DNA from: Macrostomum lignano
Lineage: Eukaryota
Assembly: GCA_002269645.1 (NCBI GenBank)
Contig: NIVC01002471.1
Location: 62,001-126,000 of the forward strand
Direction: 5' to 3'
Length of the DNA stretch: 64,000 nucleotides
How positions within the stretch are numbered: position 1 is the stretch's first letter; each line of letters opens with the position of its first letter. A program made the position numbers and the translations under genes. Shown in pieces: positions 51,701 through 61,300 of the stretch. Under the pieces are notes generated by a model. That model was not told the origin of the DNA. It saw only the letters and a list, made by a program, of their open reading frames with translations, and did no database searches.

Positions 51701-52288
51701 CCGGATCCAACCACAGCGGCCAGTCCGCAGCACGTTGAAGTGCCCCCAGTGAGCCTTTGGTATTTGACTAGTTAGTCCTGTTCACTAGCAGCTGGTCACT
51801 GAGGAATTGTGAATAACCTGAATTCCCTAGATGCGCAGTCCCGTTCACTAGCAGCTGGTCACTGAGGAATTGTGAACAACCTGAATTCCCTAGATGTGCA
51901 GTCCTGTTCACTAGCAGCTGGTCACTGAGGAATTGTGAACAACCTGAATTCCCTAGATGTGCAGTCCTGTTCACTAGCAGCTGGTCACAGGAATTGTGAA
52001 CAACCTGAATTCCCTAGATGTGCAGTCCTGTTCACTAGCAGCTGGTCACTGAGGAATTGTGAACAACCTGAATTCCCTAGATGCGCAGTCCTGGTCACGG
52101 AGGAATTGTGAACAACCCGAATTCCCCTCCCCCGCCAACAGGAGCAGCCGGGTGAGAAGGACCACGCTCCCCGCACCGACCAGGCCAAGCAGCAGCCGCC
52201 TTCACATGCGACCAGCCCTCCGAAGAGCGTCTTTAAAAACCTGTCACCAAGCCGCAATCGGTACACCATTCTGCGCGACGAGTTATAA
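48796..52288 (+). CDS. ERP44: Endoplasmic reticulum resident protein 44 (thioredoxin/PDI family)
   Basis: Signal peptide; FVNFYADWCHFS; GKVDCD; KYPTMKVFR; REYRGQRSVEA; CVPLVREITFQNAEELTEEGLPF; AIDSFKHMY; SGKLHREFHHGPDP; C-terminal RYTILRDEL*. Predicted exons 48796-48889, 48966-49176, 49281-49377, 50055-50221, 50336-50375, 51051-51276, 51477-51748 and 52142-52288, all phase-consistent. Confidence 0.96.
50449..50979. mobile_element. hAT-like MITE with amplified subterminal CCGAATA motifs, including an internal ~30-bp tandem array
   Basis: The right end CGAATATTCGTCCCATCTCTA (rc TAGAGATGGGACGAATATTCG) is hAT-like. The left end is degenerate and no TSD was recognised. Confidence 0.55.
51775..52125. 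repeat. Minisatellite, 63-bp unit, ~5.5 copies, filling the last ERp44 intron
   Basis: Unit GTCCTGTTCACTAGCAGCTGGTCACTGAGGAATTGTGAACAACCTGAATTCCCTAGATGTGCA. Confidence 0.93.
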
Positions 52289-52669
52289 GCATTTTTTTCT
52301 AAACAAGCAGTGTCGCCGCCTGTTGGAAAGGACTGCATATTGGGACAGCTAGCTGGAAGTTTCTTGGTTCTACTGCGAGTCCGGTTTTTTCACCCTGGTC
52401 TCCTTTGTTTTGATCCATTCTCGCCACTGCGTGTTGCGGAGCGTTGTCAAATAATACTTTTGAACTATCTCTAGAATAGTAAATTATTAATATTTAGTCA
52501 GAAATCCACTATTAAGGTCCCATCCATTCGAATGCTCTCTCGTGCTTATTGTGTACAATTAGCTTGGCTGCTTTTTGTACTGTTTTCATTCGATTCCGGT
52601 AAACTGTTGCCTCCTTTTCTGCGTTGCCTCGTGTGCTTCTGAGATTTTTGTATGTTTCCTTTAGAAAGC

Positions 52670-53060
52670 TAGGTCTTGGTTTCCATCAGTAGGAAGAAGG
52701 TCTTGGTTTCCATCAGTAGGAAGAATGTCTCGGTTTCCATCAGTAGGAAGAAGGTCTTGGTTTCCATCAGTAGGAAGAAGGTCTTGGTTTCCATCAGTAG
52801 GAAGAAGGTCTTTGTTTCCATCAGTAGGAAGAAGGTCTTGGTTTCCATCAGTAGGAAGAAGGTCTTGGTTTCCATCAGTAGGAAGAAGGTCTTGGTTTCC
52901 ATCAGTAGGAAGAAGGTCTTGGTTTCCATCAGTAGGAAGAAGGTCTTGGTTTCCATCAGTAGGAAGAAGGTCTTGGTTTCCATCAGTAGGAAGAAGGTCT
53001 TGGTTTCCACTAGAAAGCTAAGTCTTTGTTTCCACTAGGAAGCTAAGTCTTGGTTTCCTT
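52670..53060. repeat. Minisatellite, 27-bp unit, ~13 copies, 3' of ERp44
   Basis: Unit AGGTCTTGGTTTCCATCAGTAGGAAGA. Confidence 0.95.
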
Positions 53061-54765
53061 AGAACGATAAGGTCAGAAACGGATGCTATCTAGGTATTCT
53101 CTGCTAATGTCTAAGTGTTCTCGCAAGTAAAATTACAGCCATGTTCTTTTCATTTCTTTGTTCGTGCCCGGCTGTTTAACATTGTCTTGTGTGCCCGCTT
53201 CCAAGCCATGGCTTGTGCTTGGCTAAGAGCTGGGCTTTATTCATTTATATACTGTTTCTAATAGTTTTTGTTTCAAATTTAAACATCCTAATGTAGGAGT
53301 TTTCATGACTTAAATACCCAGAGTTGTATCGGATGTTAATGTACTCTTCATTCTCCTCTAATAGAAAAAATGCCTTTGTGCATTGGTATCCAAAATCAAA
53401 TTTTGGGTTCTTTAATTTTTGCCAATCGAAGACCTTACAAGCTATTTAGTAGAAATTAGAGCACGGATATCGTAACATATTGCTTAACTGTTCTGGTTAG
53501 TTGGTATCAGCAACTTATAAAGGTTTCAACTCTGCTGAAGCCCCAATTTCCCAGCCAGATTATAGCGCTTGTATTTCTTTTAACTGTTTTCGTTTCCTCA
53601 TGGTAAATGCGTTTTAAATTTCAGAAAATACACTTAAGTTGTTTTGCTTTGCGAAAATGGTTTTTGATGCCACAAATTTGACCAATTTTGAAATTGATTT
53701 GCTTGCTAACTTTTTTTTCTAGCGCCGATGACGAATGGAAGTTATTGATTGCAGGCAGGCACATTGGAATGCTCTAACAAGGACCAACAAAATCTTCTAA
53801 ATCTGGCCATTTCCATTCCTTCCGAGCGTAACATTTCGGCTGCGGCAGCAAAATGAGCGTCATACTGATCGGGTGCTGCACATTGTGCATGAGCCCCAAA
53901 TTAATGTGACCTGAGTCTACATGAGCTTCTATGCTTTATCCTTTTTCATACTGGTATTGGCCATCGAGTTTTTATGCCTAAGCCCAACCTTGCGTCCTTC
54001 CAACTGGCTCCATCGCCTTGGAAAAATGCTACCAAACTCGACTCTAACTCTAGCAACTTCCATCTGTTTGGTTGATTAGTTTGTGTAATAAATCACTACC
54101 TGACTACTCATTACTGAAACAGCCAAGGAGCTCAGCTAGAGTGCTGTTATGAAGTTATTTCAGCAGCTTCTAGTCTACATGCTGAAAAAGACCGTTAAAG
54201 AAGTCGTCAAGTGGAAGTCTTGACTCTGGACTATTGCACTACAGACATTGCCCAGATAGGCTTCATTCTGTTTTTCCCTGTCCGAGTGCTCTCTTAGGTG
54301 TGTCGGGTTAAAAATGCAGCATCTTTCGTTGAGTTTGCATGGCCCGTAGGTAAACAGCAAGCTTACAGTAGGGCAGGGCGTCAACAGCTTCGCTTGACAG
54401 GCGCGCGATTGAACGAAAAGCAGAGCAAAAAGAGAGGAGTGACTTCAATTACTGCTGAGTACCTGTACTGAGATGGAAAAAGAAATGATTGCTTTGCTCA
54501 AATATCCTTCATGCAAAACAGAGTGGCTACACGGGCTGCAAGATCTCATGTTGTTGCCAGATGTTGCTCTCCCAGAGTCTCATTGCTTAGCGCTGAGTTA
54601 GTTGTGTACGCTTTCATTATTCATGCAGTTTGTTTGCCACTGTCATGGCAACCGCAGTGAGTTTCGCTAAGATTTAAAGCAGCGTCGCTTGATCGGAAAC
54701 ATTCGAGGTAGGTGGGAAAGCAGTTCAAAGGTTTTCGACAAAAGAAGTCGTTGAAATCAGGCGCG

Positions 54766-56966
54766 ATGAATTCAAGCAGCAATGCCACTAAAAGTCCTTC
54801 TGCTGGATCGCTTAGCCTCGAGTTCATCCGCGAGCTTCACGTCATCGCATTCAGCTGCTGCCTGTGCTCAGTGGTGGCGTCCTGCTCTGTCATTGTGCTG
54901 TCATTCGTCATGAAGGGCTACAGGGTACCGCTGAGGAAGAAGCCAATGATGGACAGGCTCGTGGTGAGCTTTCCAGCTTTTCTTTTTTTGTTTTTGAAGC
55001 TTAGATAAAACAGAAAGTCACGCCTTCGAAATGAACTGGAATTTCAGGTCTACCTCGCAATCGGCGACATTTTCTTCACCGCGTCGCACGGCATCGACCA
55101 CATTATCCTCTACGCTAACAATGAGACAACTAACTTCTTCGTCTGCAAGATTTGCGCCTTCTTCTTTCACTGGGGACTCGACGCAAGCTGCATGATAGCC
55201 AGCTTCGTGGCCGTGTCCGCCTTCATCGGTGTCGTCCTGGGAAAAAAGGTACTCCGTGAAGCAGTACGCTGTTGTCCAGGGTTGTGAGCGTAGCGGGGCC
55301 ATACCCACCTCAGCTGGGGTCAGTTTTTTGTTGTCTTTTTCAACGTTTTTTGAACCCTTGATACAGATATTGAAGAGACTTATATAGTATTGTCATAGGT
55401 TTCCCCCATGCTGGACCTGCGCCTGGCTACTCTTTTACTGGGGTCTACGGCACTGGACTGCCTGCCAGCCATTTGATTGCCAACAATTTGACTGCGGGGC
55501 ATCACAACTCCGAAAACAGCTTTCCATCATAAACCCGAAATATCATAATTCCGAAAGTTCTAGCAATGTCCAACACTATTTTGGTTTTCGGAGTTAGGAT
55601 ATTTCGGATTTGTGATATTTCGGGTTTTTGATGGGCGTTGCTAACACTTATGCAGTTATGATATTTCGAGTTTATGCTGGGCGTTGCTATTTTGTTTTTC
55701 GGAGTTATGATATTTCGGGTTTGTGATATTTCGGGTTTGTGATATTTCGGGTTTGTGATATTTCGGGTTTGTGATATTTCGGGTTTGTGATATTTCGGGT
55801 TTGTGACACTTCGGGCTTATGATGGCGACCCAGTAATGCCTCACACCGGTTGTGTGACAATGTCGCTTAAAGTTCACCGGGGTGCACACAGCCCCCCTGA
55901 TTCTAAGTAACCTAGACCATAAACCTAAACCTGAGCTATAGTAGATACTGTACCCTAGCACAGCATGTACATTGGCCCTGAATTTTTTCAATGTTACCCC
56001 CGTTTTCAGAGCTACAATTGGATACCAGCGTTTACTTTTGCTGCATGTTGATAGCAAAATGTTAAAAATGGGGACTGTACGCTCGTACACACGGAATTTC
56101 AATTTCAATAGAATGAGACAATTTTTTCTTTTTTTCTATGCTTTTTTTCTATCTACAGGTGCAATGGCCATCGTTTGACATCGCTTTGCTATCGGTTTCC
56201 TTCCTGATCCCAGGCCTGCTCAGCATTGTTGGCGTCAGCATGGGCTGGTTCGGCTTTGCTGGTCTCTGGTAAGGTCTGCTGCTTCTAGGGGAAGAGGTTC
56301 GGCAAATCCCAGATCTCTATCGGGCCCTCGGGGTCTTTTGAAGCTTCAAAAGAGCCATTCGACCCACTTAAGGTTTGTGTCTACTCTACTCTCTTCCCAT
56401 CTCTCATCTCATCTTCTCGCCTCGCGCCTCTCCTTTTTTCTCATCTGTCATCTGTTCTTTCCTCTTCTCTCTCCTCTATCATTGCTAGTTGGTTTCATTC
56501 TGGAGAGAACGCTCGTCAGAGAGGAAAGTCTGCAGGTGCACCCGCATAATCTCGCAGGTGCGGCATCGATATAAATTTGCCAATCTACTCGACCCTAGCG
56601 ATAGTTTACGAGGCCGTTTTCCCCTGGATCACGGTCACAGTTGGCACCTTCTGCTACTCCGCGATCCCAATCAAGCTGTGCGTGTCCGCCCAGCGACTGC
56701 GGCGCAGCGGTCTGGCGGAGTCCAGCAGCAACTCCGGCATGAACCGGCTGGCCACGCAGTTCACGGTGTTCATCCTGATCCTGTACCTGCAATGGCTGTC
56801 CCTCTTCGTATTCTTCATCGTGAACTTTAGCAACGGCAAGCTGACGCCCTTCAACTACCAGGCGGCCGTGTCCTTCACTAACCTCGGCGGGGTTTACAAT
56901 GCATTTGCCTACACGTTCCTGCGGCTGCGCAACCGCGTCAGTCCGGAAAACTCGTCCACCAAGTGA
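54766..56966 (+). CDS. Seven-transmembrane receptor, cAMP-receptor-like (CAR/CRL, GPR157/GCR1-like) orphan GPCR
   Basis: Predicted exons 54766-54963, 55048-55248, 56159-56268 and 56558-56966 (phases 0,0,2). N-glycosylation sequons NSS/NAT, seven hydrophobic segments, RLVVYLAIGD (TM2), CKICAFF...AS (TM3), GFAGLWC (ECL2) and TNLGGVYNAFAY (TM7); no DRY or NPxxY. The 7TM call is firm; the family assignment is inference. Confidence 0.8.
55495..55830. mobile_element. Foldback-like element with an internal 16-bp tandem array, in a GPCR intron
   Basis: Left ACAACTCCGAA / ATAAACCCGAAATATCA motifs are inverted relative to the right GATATTTCGGGTTTGT array (~55707-55805); ends ...ATGATGGCGACCC. Confidence 0.5.
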
Positions 56967-58392
56967 CCGCCAGTGTGGAGAACTATCGACTCCTGGTTTG
57001 CAGGCTTGAAATTAGCAGAGACATTTGATTCTGACTCATGCATCTCAAAATCAGTGAATAACCAATCTTTAATCCTCAGGGGGGGTTTGAAACGCTCTTG
57101 ACCGAAAGTTGATCTCTAAAGTAAGGAAATTTACAAAGCTTTGTCACCCCTAGTTTTTGTAGGCCTTATTAGGACTTTTCAATCTCCCGGATCAAAAACA
57201 AAGTGAATACTGAAGCAAAATTTATTACAAATTTATGTCCAACTGCTAGTTGAGACTGAGTGCAGGACTGCAGAGCAAGATGAACTCACAGCGAGATAAG
57301 ATTTGACATGTCCCATATTTCACATGCATATACGAGAGTACTTTGAAGTTTTGCTGAATGAAACCGCTCACATTTAGTCAGGTATGCACACTATTACATG
57401 CCTGTGACCTGCGCGGCTTCTACCATCTGGCAGCATCTTTTCCTTGCGTCCGTTTGTTATGAATAGCTGACTCTGGTATTGTATTTGGCAATTTGACAAC
57501 ACCAGCGGCAGGCATTGGCTCTCGATGCTCTTTGTAGACTCGATGCTCTCCACGAACTCCCAGTGGATTGGAGTGGATGGAAAGTTTTAATTATTCCCCT
57601 GTTCACAGATCACCTCTGCTATAACATTAGCTTGCTTTGCACCGAAGCACATCTTCGTAGTTATGTAGCGAACTTGCCCATTAATAAGCTAACCTTAGTA
57701 CGATTATTTTGAAGACTTGGTTTTCTCAACTTAGTGCACAATATGTTTGCGAACAATATTTTAATCCCTACCAGCTTGGCACTCGTTCATTTTATATCCA
57801 TCTATTTATTTGCAGCACATATTCACGATGGTACTCGCATACCTGCACGATTTGACGTTGATATTTACACAGTGATATTAATTTGATGTTTTAACCAATT
57901 GCTGAAGTAAACTGGCTTGAGCACAGATTTTATATCCTCTGAGTATTCAAGCATGTATAAAGTTCAGTGGAAAATGCTGCCTCTGAGACAGCGCTTCAAC
58001 CTCGTTTGTTACTCTCAGTATATTCTTGCAAAGAAGTTCACATCTAATTTAATGCGCTTCACACATAGGAATATAAACGAGTTTTTACTGGAAAATCAGT
58101 CAGTAGAATGAGAATTTTAGAGGAGGAAAGCCAAGAAGAAACCCAGAGTCCGATCAAGAATGTGCGGCTGTTCTACAAATGGTGGCTTTTGAGAAATCAC
58201 TGAGGCGGTGAAGCATTTGTCCATCGTTTAGTTTTTGTCATCTTCGCGTAGATGAAACTGAGTAGAAAAAAAATCATCCTTGGACTCGAAGCTCCTTGGG
58301 CACACCAAGAGTTTCTCGTTGTACATGCAGACATCTCTCGTTGAGTCATTCGCAATGAGGAAGGTAGAGACGCTACGGAAGGAACTGTAAAA

Positions 58393-61300
58393 TCAGTAAA
58401 GCGCCTTCTTCTTCCTCAGCTTGCCGGTCAGCTCCGGCCGCATCAGAGCCGGCTGAGTGGCGGCGACAGCCGCTGCGCTGGACGCCTCGCTCAGCTTCCG
58501 AGATGAAGTCGCTGGAAAATTGCCTGGCGGTCCGGGCGCGGTGGCAGGCATCGGGGCAGCAAGCAGTCGCCGGCTCTCCTGGTCTTCTCCATCGTCCTCA
58601 GAGTCGTCCTGCAGAGCGCGGTTGGTGAAACTGTGCCGGTTCGGTGCGGCTAGAGGACGCGGCGTGGCGGCGGGGACGGGCGGGCAGCTCCGCATGGGCT
58701 TGAGGGCGCTGCGAAGGGGCAGCGGAGGCGGCGGAGGCGGTGGCGGGGCGGGCGGAGTGTTGCAGAACACGTCGTCTTCGTCGGTGTCCTCGGCCTTCCC
58801 GGCGCACTCTTCGTCATCTTCGTCGTCATCAAAGTCGATGAGGGACTTGAGAGGCGGGGGCGGCGGACTCGGTGCCGAGGGGGTGGTGGCAAAATCGTTG
58901 TGGACTTGCGCCTCGCAAACGGCGGTCGTGCGACCTGCCACCGCAGGCAGAGCCGTGTCCGGCGGGTGATGGTACGTTACCCTCTTCGGCTGCCTCGGGC
59001 CCAAGTCGCTGAAGTTTCGAACAAGCTTGTGAGCCGGCAGCCCTGGCGCGGAGGCCTGCTCGTGCCGCAGGACGGAGCGCCGGCTTCGGAGGCTCCTTCG
59101 ATGCGGCGCGGAGCGAGGAAACTCCCGGCTGCTGGAAAACTCTCTGGCGTCGCTATCCGCGCTGCCGGTGGAGTTCTGCGTCGCCGTCGCCGCGCCGCCA
59201 CCGTCGTTGCCGCCGTCTGGGGGCGGCGACTTTGGAGGGCCGACTGGGACTGGCGAAATCTTTTTAGGGAAAGCAGCCCGTCTATCCTCTTTGTACATGT
59301 CGATCAGCAGCTCCAGCTTGCGCTCGACATCTTCCATCTGAAGTGTTTTGCAGCCGAGTAAAGTACGAATTAATTCAAACGCAAAAAAGGAAGAGCAGCC
59401 AAGCTTGACGCTAGGAATCTGTTTGCTACTTCTCACGAAATTGCATGCATTTCTGCTGTTATTTTCCCACCAGACACTAATTCTATCCCTGCACGACTTC
59501 CTGTGGCTTTTCAGCGCGATAACTACCCTTAGAACCAGCTAACCCTTTTCCCAAGCCACAAGCCTACAGAATTTTCGGCTTCAATCCGTAGCTTTTGCAT
59601 CCCAGACGATTGAAGGTCGGCACTTCATCTCCCATCGCAGTCTCAAATCTGCAATGTTCTTAGCTCACCGAACGCTCCACTTTGACGATTCGAGAGGCCA
59701 AACTGACTTTGCTCTCGTAGGCGTCCTTGTCCTTGCTACCCTGTCGGCCCAGGATTTGATCCAGTCTGCAATGAAGTCAATGGAGATAATTCTACTGCTG
59801 ATTTAACTGAAGCTATTTTTATTGCTCCTCCTCGATTTTCAGCATGATCCGCAGAGGCTTAACAATAGAAAGATCATGGGGGTGTATTTCAAAAACACAC
59901 ATTTTTCCTTTGTCTCTCGATTTCCAAAAATTTTCAACCAATTGCCATGAAAATCCAGAACACGGGCTAAAATTTTCCGCTCTAATCGATGAAGCAACCT
60001 CGAGAATCATGAAAAATCGGCATCGTCTCGAGATATTCAGCGATTCTCCTCGGGGTGTCTGGTGGCAAAAACCACCAATTACATTGGCAAAATTTTTTTG
60101 CTCACAAAATCTCATCATGAAACGACGTCGGCTCAACAAACTATGTATATCAGTCGCAGAGACTTTTGCTCTCAGCATCCCAGGTACCAGGGTCCCCTTC
60201 ATCACCGTCTGGAGCAACGGCGGCGACCGTCGGGACCTTCAACAAAAGCTCCCGATCGGTATCTCAGAGACGGCTGCGTTTCCAAAACTGAAGTGGAAGA
60301 ATCCTTTTTTGCATGCAGCATTCAGTCAGTAGACATAATTCGTGAATGAAATAGATGATGGCGACCCTCTAGGCTGACCTGTAGACATACAGGCGACCTT
60401 CGGAACCTTCAACGGAGTGCCACTACGCGGCCCCGACGAGCTGACACCGCCAACATCGTCCTTTTTTATCAAGGCACCAAACGAGGCATGTCTGCATATT
60501 ATACAATGCTTTTGCACCATGTTAAATCGGAGAGTTACAGATTTAATTGGCGACTGAAATATATATTTGTCAAAAATGATATTACAGCTAATTCAGAGCA
60601 GAAGGATCTGATTACCGACACATAGACACAAAAGCAGAGTCAATTGTTACTATTTAATTTGGTGCACGTGCATGCGCAGTAATTGTGACTCATTGTCTCT
60701 TCCATCGCAGTGTTTCTTCGACAAATTCCTTCGTCACACATGCAACACTTCCTTGTTATCCCACTCAAGGCACGCTTCTCCTAGTACGAGAAGTACTCTA
60801 GTACTCTAGTACCCTAGTCCTAGTACGTACCTATTGCTACAGGCTTGCCATTGGGAAGCAATTGTCTGTCGTGATGCATGGTTGACAGCAACATCACGTT
60901 TCGGCCCGCCTTGGGGCAGTAGGACACACACGTGAGCTCCTCAGAAAACCGGAATTCGCTCGTGCGTGGAGCCATGGTTTGAGTTGAATTCTTGAGATCG
61001 GCTGGCAGGCCACCACGAGAGCGCATCATCACTGTTCCAAGAAACGTGAATCCCATTTCTCAGTACAACTGATTGGCCAGCGCAGGACTCGAGAATAATC
61101 TGTCACATGTGATATTGTACCAGTGTCCTCTGAATGGATCAGCCAAGCGGCAAACAACTTGCTCACCACTCCACACCTCTGAGCCCTTGGCCAGCCGAGC
61201 ATCGGATTCCTGTGATGCAAAAGTAGTGGACAGCAGTGTTCCTTTGCCAGTGCAGATTTCCGCATTGAACACCTAGCGGATGTCCATGTCATCCTGAATC

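Noticed and set aside
51800-52120. lac-operator-like GGAATTGTGA...AATTCC in the 63-bp repeat (vector contamination?)
   Set aside because: The central bases differ from lacO, no vector sequence flanks it, and it lies within a canonical intron; coincidence.
38426-56966. Operon-like polycistronic cluster (MFS-CBP or ERp44-GPCR)
   Set aside because: The same-strand neighbours are separated by 2.5-9 kb of repeats, so spacing alone gives no support.
58457-59361. Long antisense or alternate-frame ORFs over KCNQ, cadherin, DEG/ENaC, CBP and ERp44 exons
   Set aside because: Shadows of GC-rich coding exons, with no independent motifs.
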